From contig NC_082708.1 in NCBI RefSeq assembly GCF_030144855.1, positions 67,704,001-67,768,000 of the forward strand: a stretch of DNA of 64,000 bases. Reading direction: 5' to 3'. Source of the DNA: Hypanus sabinus (lineage: Eukaryota). The notes beneath the pieces are model-generated. The model made no database searches. It saw only the letters and a list, made by a program, of their open reading frames with translations, and was not told where the DNA came from. Position numbers and translations under genes: made by a program. Below, piece by piece: positions 1 through 11,961 of the stretch. Position 1 is the stretch's first letter. The number at the start of each line of letters is the position of its first letter.

Positions 1-2236
1 TTGGCAGGACTGGAGAAAAAAAAGATGAGGAGCAGATTTAAAAGGTGGGGGGAAGGGGAGAGAAACACAAGGTGATAGATGAAACCGGGAGGGGAAGGGA
101 TGAAACAAGTAACTGGGAAGTTGATTGGTGAAGAAGATACAGGGCTGGAGAAGGGGGAGTCTGACAGGTGGGGATAGAAGGCCATGGAAGAAAGAAAAGG
201 GGGGAGGAGAACTAGAGGGAGGCAATGGGCAGGCAAGGAGATAAGGTGAGAGAGGGAAAAGGGGGACGGTTGGTTGGGAGGGGGGAGCATTACTGGAAGT
301 TTGAGAAATCGATGTCCATGCCTTCAGATTGGAGGCTACCCAGGCAGATTATGAGGTGGTGCTCCTCCAACCTAAGTGTGGCCTCGTCACAACGATACAG
401 GAGGACATGGATAGACAAATCGGAATAGGAATGGGAAGTGGACCACTGGGAGATCCTGCTTCTTCTGGCAACGGAGCATAGGTCTTCGGCAAAACGGTCT
501 CCCAATCTACGTTGTGTCTCACCGATATACAGGAGGTTACACCGGGAGCAATGGATAGAATATATGCCCTCTGACTCACAGGTGAAATGTCACCTCACAT
601 GGGAGAACTATTTGGGGCCCTGAATGGTAGTAAGGGAGGAGGTGTAGCGGCAGGTGTAGCACTTATTCCACTTGCAAGGATAAGTGTCAGGAAGGAGATC
701 AGTGGGGAGGGACAAATGGACAACGGAGTCATGTATGGAGCGATCCCTGCAGAAAGCAGAAAGTGAGGGGTGACGAAAAGATGTGCTTGGTGGTGCGATC
801 CTGTTGGAAATGGCAGAAGTTATGGAGAACTATGTGCTGGATGCAGAGGCTGGTGGAGTGGTAGGTGAGGACAAGAGGAACCCTATCCCTGGTAGGGTGG
901 CAGGAGGATGGTGTAAGAGCAGATGTGTGTGAAATTGAAGAGATGTGGTTGAGGACAGCGTTGATGGTAGAGGAAGGGAAACCCATTTCTTTGAAAAAGG
1001 TGGACACCTCCTTCATTCTAGAATAAAAAGCCTGTTCCTGAGAGCAGAGCAGCGGAGATTGAGGAATTGAGAGAAAGGTGTGGCATTTTTACAAGTAACA
1101 GGGCTGGAAGAGATATAGTCCAGGGTGCTGTGCAAGTCCATGGGTTTATAATAGACATCAGTAGGTAAGCTGTCTCCAGAGGCAGAAACAGTGAGATTGA
1201 GAAAGGGGAGGGAGATTGAGAAAGGGGTAATGGACCAGGTAAATTTGAGGGCAGGATGGAAGTTGGAGGCAAAGTTGAAGTCAACACACTCAGTATGGGT
1301 GCAGGAAGCAGCACCATTACAGCCGTCAAAGTAGCATAGAAAAAGTGGGGACAGACACCAGCGTAGGCTTGGAACATAGACTGTTCCGTGTAGCCAACAA
1401 AAGGCAGGTTTTGCTGGGACCCATGCGTGTGCCCGTGGCTCCACCTTTTGTTTGAAGGAAGTTAGAGAAGCAAAAGGAGAAATTATTAAGAGTGAGGACA
1501 AGTTCCACTAGACTGAGGAGAGTGGTGGTGGTTGGGTCTGGTGTCCAAAAAGAAATGGAGAGTTTTAAAACCTTCCTGCTGGAGTATGGAGGTGTATAGA
1601 GACTGGACATCCATAGTGAAAATAAGATGGAACTTGAGTTCATTGAAAAGATCCAGAATGTGTGAAGTGCCACATCTGTAGGTAGGAAGGGACTGAACTA
1701 GGGGGGGTTAAAACAGAGATGAGGTATGCATATATGAGTTCAGTGGGGCAGGAACAAGCTGAACCAATGGTTCTACTTAGACAAGAGGTTTTGTGGATCT
1801 TGGGGAGGAGGTAGAAACAGGAATTGCAGGGTGCAGGAACTATGAGATTGGTTGCAGTGGATGGGAGATACCCAGAGCTAAAAAGGTCAGTGATTGTGTG
1901 GGAGCCTGGTGTTCCTTAGTGGGATCATGTTCAAGGGGTAAGTAAGAGGAGATGTCTGAGAGGTGTTTCTGGACCTCAGCAAGTTAGAGGTCAGTCTGAC
2001 AGACTACTACAGCACCCCCTTTATCTGCGGGTTTGATGGTGAGTTTAGGATTAGTGCGGAAGGAGTGGAGAGCAGAGCATTCGGAAAGGGTAAGGATGGA
2101 ATTGGAGAGAGGAGTGTTGAAGTCAAGACAATAGATGTCCCATCAGCAGCTGGCAATGAAAAGGTCCAGAGCAGGTAGACGACCAGGCAGGGTGTTCAGG
2201 AAGAGGAGGAGGGTTGAAGATGGGAGAAGGGGTTAC
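1..2236 (-). mobile_element. Penelope-like retroelement (RT + GIY-YIG endonuclease), degraded; 3' end runs off the window start
   Basis: Minus-strand frames give ELVLTLNNFSF..FLQTKGGATGTRMGPS (PLE RT, normally GVAMGTRMGPS), FLCYFDGC (decayed YIDD), TDVYYKPMD, RDRVPLVLTYH, LLYIGETQRRLGDRFAE and RLEEHHLIICLGSLQSEGMDIDFSNF (GIY-YIG C-terminus); many frameshifts. Confidence 0.92.
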
Positions 2237-2564
2237 TGCAGATTCTGTCTTGTTTCTGTAGTGTTGATATTTCATCAGTTTAAGAAGCATTGAAAAGAAG
2301 ATCTTTCCAGGGAAGAAGAGAATGTTATACAGAAATAATGCAGTCCTACAGAAATATTACACCACTAACAACAACAAAAATCCCTTATTGTAAAGTGTGT
2401 CTAAATTAGATGCATTAAATCAGTCTAATGCAAGTTAAGATTGCTCCAGTTGAGCCAACTAATTTTTATATCATATAATCCAGACAGAATAAGATGGTAA
2501 AGGTGTTGGGCAATATTTTTCATGGATATAGTTGCTGTATCATAAAAAAATCTTAATATGCTTG

Positions 2565-2840
2565 TCACACACGAGGAAATCTGCAGATGCTGGAAATTCA
2601 AGCAGCACACGCAAAATGCTGGTGGAACACAGCAGGCCAAGCAGCATCTGTAGGGAGAAATGCTGTCGACATTTCGGACTGAGACCCTTTGTCAGGACTA
2701 ACTGAAAGGAAAGATAGTAAGAAATTTGAAAGTAGGAGGGGGAGGGGAAAATGCAAAATGATAGGAGAAGACCGGAGGGGGTGGGGTGAAGCTGAGGGCC
2801 AGAAAGGTGATTGGCAAAAGGGATACAGAGCTAGAGAAGG
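2565..2840 (-). mobile_element. Penelope-like element 3'-end/pLTR fragment
   Basis: Purine-rich tract similar to 1-200, followed by the tail motif (plus strand tctgcagatgctggaaat...cagcatct) also present in the PLE insert at 58208-58731. Confidence 0.8.
2662..2699 (-). ncRNA. Degenerate minimal type I hammerhead ribozyme motif in PLE tail
   Basis: Reverse complement reads agtc-CTGACAA-agggtctcagtcc-GAAA-tGTC-gacag; CUGANGA core has one change, GAAA and GUC cleavage triplet retained. Confidence 0.6.
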
Positions 2841-3044
2841 GTTGCTTGTGTTTATCATAAATCTGAGTAAAATCATAATTCATTGCATATTGTTTCAAGG
2901 AATGTGAGTAATACAGTTCTTGTCAATTCCTAATCCCTTTAAACTGAATGCTGGGACAATTTGGAAGGTAGTCAAGATGCACCTGCAGTGCTGTGGATCT
3001 GTTTGAGAGAGGTAAAATGTGACAGACAGTTTTTGTCTTCGTAA

Positions 3045-3262
3045 CTCCTCACCTGGCTTGACCTATCACCTACCAGCCTTTTCTCCCCCACCTTTTTATT
3101 CTGGCTTCTTCCCTCTCCTTTCCAGTCTTGATGAAAGCTCTCAGCCTGAAACATTGACTGTATATTCACCACTATAGATACCGTCTGACCTGCTGGGTTC
3201 CTCTGGCATTTTGTGTGTTTTGCTCTGGATTTCCAGCATCCGCAGAATTTCCTGTGTTTGTA
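3045..3262 (+). mobile_element. Penelope-like element 3'-end fragment (inverted relative to 2565-2840)
   Basis: cagtc-TTGATGA-aagctctcagcct-GAAA-catt-gactg, then gatacc..cctgctgggttcctctggcattttgtgtg..ttccagcatccgcag, the reverse complement of the 2565-2700 tail. Confidence 0.8.
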
Positions 3263-3579
3263 TTTATTATTTTTCTGGGAGGGATCTTGGCATTGCAGTT
3301 AAGGCCAGCATCTGTTGCCCATTCCTGAATGACCTTGAGATGATCATGCTCACCCAATTTCTTCAAGCATTGCAGCCTCATAGCGAAAGTACCCATCAGT
3401 ACTGATGGATAGCAGTTTTCTGGTTCAGACCCAGCAGCAATGAAGAATGACAATATATCTCCAGATCAACACAGAAGTCCTTATCCTTCCTGGAAATAAA
3501 GATTTGGTGTTTTTGGGAAATTGTGTTGAAGTAGCCTATATCATAAGTGACTGTTTGTTGGTCTCCCCCTTTCACTGTC

Positions 3580-4120
3580 CTTTGTGTCCTTTGTTAGTGA
3601 CATGTCAAACTGTCAGGCAAGCAAGAGATTTTGTTGACTGCAGATCATGGTCTCTCATTGAGGGCTTTACTGTTGCTTGATGTGTGGTGGGTGGTGATGC
3701 TTTCTGCTGCAACAGGTGGTGGGAGGGGGGAGGTTGATGCTTTGCTGCTGCTTGTGCAGGGGAGGGGGAGAGGGGGCTTTGGGGTTCTAGACTTTCTCTG
3801 TTGTTCATTCTTTTGGGATTCTTTTCTGTTTTTCATGGATGTCTGTGAAGAGTAAGGATTTCAGGTTGTATACTGTACACATTCTCTGATAATAAAATGA
3901 AACCAAAGTGGATCTCTCAGTCTTCCTTGACCTGGTCCTTGCACTGCATTTGTCTATCTGCATTATACTTTCTCAGTACCTGAAGCACTAAGTTCTACAT
4001 TCAGCTTTCGCTTTTCCCTTTGTACTACCTCACTATACTTCTACTTGGAATGATCTGTTTAGATGCCTTGAAAGTTCTTCATTATATCTCAATGCGTGTG
4101 ACAATAATAATCCAATTATC
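3580..4120 (+). mobile_element. Non-autonomous retroposon / LINE 3'-tail fragments
   Basis: Tail-like ends (tgtatactgtacacattctctgataataaaatgaaacc; tgtgacaataataatccaatt) resembling the Rex-type tails repeated elsewhere in the window. Confidence 0.45.
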
Positions 4121-4129
4121 AATGATGAT

Positions 4130-4580
4130 TTACTCTGCGGCCATAGCATAGTGAATCAATGTTTAGAGTGATCAAGTGGTCTGTTTTCTCCTGGATGCTG
4201 TTAACCTTCTTAAGTGTTATGATAGCCACTGAGGTATCAACGGTGAAGGTCTCTGTGTTGGTAATGCCATTGAATGTCAAAGACAGATGGCTAGGCAGTA
4301 TCTCTTTGGAGAAAGGCATTGTCCGATGCTTTTATGAGTGTGACAGTAATTTCCACTTCTCAACTCATTTGTATAGGTCTTGTTGCATAGATAAGGACTG
4401 CTTCACTTGATGATAAAATACTAATTAAAGTGAACATTGTGTAATTACTGATATGTCTTCTTCTGAGCTTGATGAAGCAGCTGAAGATAGTGAAGTAAAA
4501 ACTCTACCCCCAAGAAACTCTGACAGAGATGTCTTAGGGCTGGAATGATTGATCTCTGATAATCGTGGGCATTTTTCTTT
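4130..4580 (-). mobile_element. Old LINE (CR1/L2-group) ORF2 fragment
   Basis: Minus frame HLSLTFNGITNTETFTVDTSVAII resembles the PLTFNGITI..SPT..ILGV C-terminal region of CR1/L2-group ORF2. Confidence 0.5.
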
Positions 4581-7419
4581 GTGTTAAGGCATAGGAAATG
4601 ATAATCAATTTAGGAAGTATTTTACTTGGTACAAACTAAAAATGGTAAGGACATTAATAAGTTGATTGCTGTCAAAACATTTCATTGTAGTTTTAGTATT
4701 AGAACAGAATAGAGATACTGGACAAGGTTCATTAGGTATTCTATTCACAGTTCTTATACAAATCTGCCTGTAAGTAAACATCCTCTTCATGATTACATTC
4801 TAAAGAAAGAACAACTCTGTAACAAGTCCTTGAAGCTGGACTCGACATGCATGAAGGAATGAAATAAAAATCAAACTGGACATAGGTAGCAAGTAACATT
4901 AACCACCAAAAAATGTCAAGTAGTATTGAGAAACAGAGGAAAGGCAGCCAATATTCAGACTCATAAAGATAAGTATAGCTTTGCCAGGAAAGGATAAAGA
5001 ATTCTGCATTTTTAAAGGTGAAAAGATGGTCATTATACTAAAATGCATGCTTAGCACATGTTCTGTTTTATGGCTCACCAGAACAAATTATCACAGGATT
5101 GATTTGTTTGAATGATCAGAACAAAATAAAAGCCAGATTTTCTATTTCAAGGCCCTTCCAGTTCTTTATGATTTCATGGGAGAACTTTAGCATGCAGTGA
5201 AATACACACCTGACATTGTCAGCAAGAGTAAGTCATATTTTTCGATAGGAGTGTAAGACATACTGTATTTTTCAGAACTGTCCCCACTTTGGAGATGGTG
5301 AGAAACAGGAAATGATCGTTCTGCAATGATGTTTTACACCTTTTCTTCTTAGGCGAGCCTGCATTTTAGCTGCTAGTACAAGAAGGTCCATCCCAACTTA
5401 TTCCCTTTCATATCAGTTTTCTGATATTTTGTTGATGATTCTTTGAGAAGAAGGAACTGTGGCATTGTACTAATGGATGAAGGGTTTGCAGAGTGGAAAT
5501 CAATGGATAGAGAAAACAGAACAACTCAATGTGAGTATCCACATCATCAGCTTTAACTGCCCAGAAAGTGGAGGTGGAAGATAATCAGACACAACCAGAA
5601 TACAGAGTAATGGCATTGTGGCAACTGCCAGGATACTGGGCCATGCAGTCCATGATCCACTACATATGGTCACAGAGAAGCTGGATGAAGCTTTCCATTC
5701 AAGTGTATGACAGATTTAACATAAACTGCAGTCAGCATGCAATCTTATTATTTAATACCACATTAAAGGCTAAAATCTAAAGGCTAAAAGTAAAGCAATG
5801 CAGTATTTTTAACCGCTGGCTTGAAACCAGAATTGAACTTGGAACTGATTTATTATTGTCACATGTACCAAGGTACAGTGAAAAGCTTGTCTTGCATAAT
5901 GCTCACACAGATCAATTTATGCATAGTGCATTGAGGTACTGTAGGTAAAAACTAACACTTAAAACATAAAGGTGTATTGTATTGGTCACCTTGGTAGCCA
6001 TTGGCAAGCCAGTCATTGCTCTGCCCTAAGGTTCCAAATGTTAATTCATGTAAGTGAAGATATATTCATAGACTAATTCATACATTGCTCCTTAATGAAA
6101 TTCAACAATAAAAATTATTTGAGAAAATGAATAAAGAAGGTCTCCTATCTAATTTGATTCTTTCCTGTTCCAGAAGCCTATCCTGTCATATGCAAGATAC
6201 ATTCATTCTCCCCATTATGTTGCATTTCAACAAGACCTACCTCTACATCTGATGCAAGTATTCAGCTCTTTAAAACAAACTCTTGTGGTTTTACAGCAAC
6301 AGATCAGAGAAATAAATCAGCAGCTAAAATGTAACTACAGCATAATCCTTTTAAATAATGCTAGTTGGGGGAAGGGTTAATGCTATTAGCTGCTGAAAGT
6401 GTGTTCAGAAATGCAGGTTTATGAGAGTACGATAACTGAAGTGTGAAGCTTCAAGATGGTAGTCTTGGCATCAAATCAACAATGGAATCACCATTTTCAA
6501 TATCCGTCTGCACCGAGTATTTCTAGTGGGCCTTCAGTAAGGGCATTAATTTCTGGCCAGCAAAGGATCAGTTTGCACTGGCAATTGCACTACAAAGGTG
6601 CAACCACAGCAGCTTCTTGCACCTCTCTGCACTCATACCGCCCAATCACGGCTAATGATCCAAGAATCTTTATGCAACTGTTTTGATAGTCATGCTTAAT
6701 TTAATCTTTTTTTACTTTATTGCAAACAGCTCTTAATAATAAGCACAACATGATGGCAACATGGAACTTCTCAACCAGAATATTTTAAATAATGTAACAG
6801 AAAGAACATTTCAAACTTGTAGAGCTTTCCTAATGCATCCCTTTACCTTACTAATCAAAAATAATAAAATGCTATATCTACAGTAGATGTTTTATTTCTT
6901 AACTGTATCCTGTTCTCTATGATTGCATCAAACAAATTATTGGTATTAAGTTCAGTAGACCAATTGAACCAGATATCAAAGTTGTAATTATAGCAAAATT
7001 ATTAGCATGCACTGTCATTGCATTGTGAAATTGACAGCAAATTTTGTACTTCCACTTATCCTTCTTTCAATGCAGGAATTATTCCTGTTAGTGCTTTAGA
7101 TTTCACCTGCAGTTCTGCAGGATTGTTCACCACAGTCTAGCAAAAACACTTTTATTTATGTAAGTGTGGATATTTTGGAACTGGTTTCACTGTATCATGC
7201 CCTGAAAATGCTGTATGAGGTCAGAGTGCACATTTTAAGCACCTAACAATCCATCATTATTAATGTACCTTCGTCCTTGACTTTATCTGTCTTGCTTAAG
7301 CAAATTGTCAGAAGCTTGAAACTATCATCTGCTCACCTTTTACCCCATTCACTCTGCCCTTTGTGAGAAATACCAGTTAGGATAGGCTTCTGAGATAAAC
7401 GACTATTCTCAAATGGAAT

Positions 7420-7548
7420 CTAGATGAAAGGTCTCAACACAAAACATCAATTGTCCATTTCAGTCCATAGATACTACCTGACTTGTAAGTTCATCCAGCA
7501 CTTTCTGTGTTGCTCCCTATTCCAGCATCTGCAATCTATAGCATCTCA
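7420..7548 (+). mobile_element. Penelope-like 3'-tail fragment
   Basis: gatgaaaggtctcaacacaaaacatcaattg..catagatactacctgac..ttcatccagcactttctgtg..ttccagcatctgca matches the tail at 3121-3260. Confidence 0.65.
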
Positions 7549-7627
7549 AGTGCAAACCTCCTTGAAGTATTCAGACTTCAAAACATATTTTGTCAAAATT
7601 GTTGTATGCCAAGTTTGTGACCAAACT

Positions 7628-8060
7628 TACTTTAGCAAGGCCTTTGACAAGGCTTTGCATGGGAGGCTGGTCAAGAAGGTTCAGTTGCTCGGTATTCAGG
7701 ACGAGAAAGTAAACTGGATTCGACTTTGGCTTCAAAGGAGAAGCCAGGGTATAGTAGTAGATGGTTGCCTCTCCGACTGGAGACATGTGACTAACGGTGT
7801 GCTGCTGGGATTGGTGCTGGGTCTGTTGTATTTGCCATCCATATCAATGTATGATATAGATGACAATATATAATGAATGTATGGATGATATATGATAAAA
7901 CAGATCAGCATATTTGTGGATGATATCAAGATTGGGGGCATAGTGGACTACCGGGAAGGCTATCAAGACTTTCAGTGGGATCTGGATCAGCTGGAAAAAT
8001 GGGCTGAAAAATGGTAGAAGGAATTTAATGCAGACAAGTGTGAGCTGTTGCACTTTGAGA
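7628..8060 (+). mobile_element. CR1 LINE RT fragment
   Basis: FSKAFDKALHGRLVKKVQLLGIQ..NWIRLWL..VVDGCLSDW..GVLLGLVLG (decayed GVPQGSVLG); near-identical in type to 58871-59491. Confidence 0.9.
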
Positions 8061-9002
8061 AATTATTAGAATGCTGCCACAAAGAAATTATGCCTTCACA
8101 TCTGCCTTAGTTCCTCCTAGAAAAATGCTGAGATGGGATGTTGCTCTGGAAGAATCAGAACCACCTGCAGTTAAAATGTTATTTGTTTGAGTACAGTTCA
8201 CACTGTGAAATTAACAAGGGACAGAAAGAGCTGTGATACATATTTCCATAATAAAAGTTGGGTTAGAATGATAATTCGTTGATAAAAGTTGGTAATACCT
8301 TTTGTATGTACATGTTTTCTTTCTTGAACATAAAGTTTAAATCTCTGCAACTACTGACAATAATAGCCAATAGAAGATCATATTCTCTTTCTGTGACGTC
8401 TGATGTTTGGGAATCTTATTTTTATTCTTTACTGTAGAAATAAACCTTAAATAAAGTCAAAATATCCTCACCAGTGATGATTTTCATCTCTGTGGAGACC
8501 CAAGCATGAATTTAACAGCAGTGGGTAAGTGGGGAGTCAGGAAAAATGAATCACATTCCATTGCCTGAACCTGCTAAAGGCTTCCTTGGCTCTTCCCCTG
8601 GACAGTCCATAATCAAGATTTTAGATCTATCTAGTTTCATCATCTGGTGTCCAAAGAACAAGACAGTGGAACTGAAGCACAGCCACAGATGATGAATAAT
8701 CTTTTCTCTGACTACCCATGGAGAAGGAATTAAGGTGGCCTCACCAAACTGTAGACCATCTGGAAATGCTTTAACCTAGTTAGAAACTTGTTACAATCCC
8801 CATATACCCTATACTCCACTAGAAGAAAGCCCATTGGATCTTTTGCCACAAATATGGATTCAATTGTCCTACTTCATAGTTTATCTAACCAAAGAACTCA
8901 AATGGATTTGGGACTAAATACCAAAGGAATAGGAAAATATTAGTAACATTAGTAAGCACAGTGTAGGAGTCATGCATCTGTTCTCTATCTTCATTGTATT
9001 CT

Positions 9003-9366
9003 ATGTTATTATGTTCATTATGGTAACTAGTCACGTGGATGGGGAGTGGTAAAAGAGAAGGGAATAAGTTATAGGGTTGTGCTTTGTTTGTGGCAGTTTG
9101 CAGCTGGGGGATCAACGAATGCCGTTTCTTTAGTTGACTGCTCAATTACATTCAATTAAGCCCAACTTACACTTGGGTTTGCTTAAGCTTCATCGCCTCA
9201 AGATTATTTGTTTGCTAATTGCTAATAGAGGATTGAATACATATCTTTGACTTTGGAGCAGTCATTTCTGGAGCTGAGAGCACATCATCCAACCATAACA
9301 AATCCATGGGGCTTGCCAGCAGCAGCAATTGGTTTGATTAGAATTGGCTGCTATGTTCTATCAACA
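9003..9366 (+). mobile_element. Possible 5' LTR of the BEL/Pao element
   Basis: TG...CA-bounded segment (tgttatt...tcaaca) directly upstream of the BEL gag remnant; no partner LTR in the window. Confidence 0.3.
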
Positions 9367-9639
9367 CAAGTTTTCGACGTCAAGGGAACATCAGTATTCA
9401 GACATGTCTGTGAAATTAGAAGCACCACAGCCTGTAGCAGCTTGTGCCAAGTAATGACCTTTTGTTGATTCATGTTGTGTGTTGGGTTTGAAACAGTTTT
9501 GAATGGTCAGTGCTGCCTGTTGCCTTGGGGACTGTGAGCTCTATAGTGCAGTGCTTGCCTAAGGGTTTAGCACTTAACTCTGCTGAAATTTTAACTACTT
9601 TGACTGTAAAGAATTGAATTGAATTGCCATCATTTTATC

Positions 9640-11355
9640 TGGTTTTCACACTTGGAAAACAACATGAGTCAAGCTGGAAGCAGTGGCCTTGAAGTCAAGA
9701 GCTAGAGAGAAATTAAACCTACTGGGAAAGTTTTGGTGGTTGGAATTGACAACATTCAAAAGATCTACAATAAAATTGTTAAGAAGGTTAAAGATTTAAT
9801 ATCATTAATTAGAAGTCTCTTGCAAGAAAAGGAACAAGAAGTTTCTTGAGTGCAGTTTCTCTTGGATGATTTAAAATTCTTCATGAAGATGTTGCTAAGC
9901 AGCATAACTTGCTGTTGTCTTTAACGCCTATCTCTGAACAAGATAAATAAACTGAAAACTTGGTAAACATTGATACGTTTATTGATACAGTCACAACAGA
10001 GGGTGAACAATGGTTGAAACAAACGTGCAATGTTGAAGGTCAAATTGCTGGAGGAATTGAAAATATTTATAAAGCCACAGAGCATGCTGTGACTACATTT
10101 AAAGCTGATGACTTTCAGGATGATGTACACCCTATAGACAGCACATCTAACATGCTTACAGCAGGTTCTATTGCTAGCAAAGCATCACTTATGTCTGATA
10201 ACTCACTGGCGTACTTTAGAATGAAGGCTGATTTAGTGCAGTTATGCACAAGACAGCAAATATTGAGCAATAAACACACATTGGAAGATAGAACAGCTTC
10301 AGAAAAACAAGGATGAAAAGCCAGAGCACCTTCAAAGAAAGATGGAGTAGCTTACGTTGCAGGAAGATATTACAGCTATGATGGCTGGAGTTAAAATGAA
10401 GTCCATCATACACAATGTAATGTGCTTCGGCAGGAAAGTTCTATGGTGAGAGTTCTATGTTGACGCGGCACAGACAAAGTCCAACATACTCAATGTCAAT
10501 GTTCCTCAAATGTCTATAAGGCCCTGAGTTTGAACCGACGGAGTAGTTCAAGATGTTCCCTCTCAGCTTACACCAGAGGCATTCTGAACTGATGTCACAT
10601 CCAATAGAACAGGCACTTCTGAGGACATTAATTTACAGTATGATGCCACTCGTGTTTCAGATGATACAGGCCTAAGTGCTAAGCTGGAGGCCATAAGGAT
10701 GCAAAAGGAAACAACAAGCATAGTGGCGCAACAACAATGCATTGCATCTCTGCCTAAAATAGAGATTCAAATATTGAGTGCTGATCCATTGTAGTCTCAT
10801 TCATTTATGAGGGCTTTCAAGAATAGCACTGAAGGCAAGACTGATAATTATGGTAACTGGCTCTATTTTCTCAAACAGATCACTGGAAGTTATCCTACAG
10901 AGCCTGTCAAAAGTTGCCATCAAGTCAGCCCAGAGCAAGGATATCAAAAGGCCTGAGTTTTGCTACAGGAATTTCTGGTGATAGCACAAAATTTCTGTGG
11001 CCAACATGAAAAAGGCTCTTTCTTGGCTGCATATCAAAGCAGAAGACAAGAAAGCTCTTCAAGACTCCAATGTTTTTCTTAGATGCTGTTGCAAAGCCAT
11101 GGAAAAATGCAGAACATGCATAAGTTAGATGTGCTTGCTAATATGACAATTGTCATAAATAAATTGCCAGATAAACAGTGAAAAATGGAGATCGGTGGAC
11201 TATAAACTGCAAGAAAGGCACAACTACAAGTATACTTTCACTGTCATTGCAGATTTTATTGAGAGGCAAGTAAAGATTGCCACACACCCAGTGTTTGGGA
11301 ATGTATGCATTACAACATCACCAACAGTAAGCAATGGTATGAACAAAACTGAATC
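9640..11355 (+). mobile_element. BEL/Pao LTR retrotransposon gag remnant (DUF1759-like), 3'-truncated
   Basis: From ~10750: LPKIEIQILSADPL*SHSFMRAFKNSTEGKTDNYGNWLYFLKQITGSYPTEPVKSCHQVSPEQGYQKA, later FIERQVKIATHPVFGN, typical of fish BEL/Pao gag; many stops. Confidence 0.85.
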
Positions 11356-11361
11356 ACAGCT

Positions 11362-11879
11362 TTAGACCACCTGGACAACACAAACACCTATGTCAGGATG
11401 CTGTTCATTGACTATAGATCAGCATTTAACACCATCGTTACTACAATTGAGAAGTTGCAGAACCTGAGCCTCTGTATCTCCCTCTGCAATTGGATTCTCG
11501 ACATCCTAACTGGAAGACCACAGTCTGTGTGGATTGGTGATAACATCTCCTCCTCACTGACGATCAACACTGGCGCACCTCAGGGGTGTGTGCGTAGTCC
11601 ACTGCTCTACTCTTTATATACACTTGACCATGTGGCTAGGCATAGCTCGATTACCATGTATAAATTTGCTGATGATACAACCATTATTGGTAGAATCTCA
11701 GGTGGTGACGAGAGGGCATACAGGAGTGAGATATGCCAACTAGTGGAATGGTGCTGCAGCAACAACCTGGTATTCAATGTCAGTAAGACGAAAGAGCAGA
11801 TTGTGGACTTCAGGAAGGGTAAGATGAAGGAACACATACCACTCCTCAGAGAGGGATCAGAAGTGGAGAGAGTGAGCAG
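11362..11879 (+). mobile_element. Rex1/Babar-like LINE RT fragment (5' part of a copy broken by inversion)
   Basis: [64 protein letters not shown]; stops abruptly at gagagagtgagcag. Confidence 0.93.
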
Positions 11880-11961
11880 GTTCTACTACTTCTCAATTGG
11901 GATTGTGGGAACAATGGTATTAAATGCTGATCTATAGTCAATGAACAGCATCCTGACATAG
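11880..11961 (-). repeat. Short inverted copy of the adjacent Rex1 segment 11388-11465 at the rearrangement junction
   Basis: 11920-11961 is the exact 42-nt reverse complement of 11388-11429; similarity continues to ~11877. Confidence 0.9.

Noticed and set aside
5417-5537. Possible exon ending at a gtgagt donor (DDSLRRRNCGIVLMDEGFAEWK...)
   Set aside because: In-frame stop just after the nearest AG acceptor and no recognisable protein
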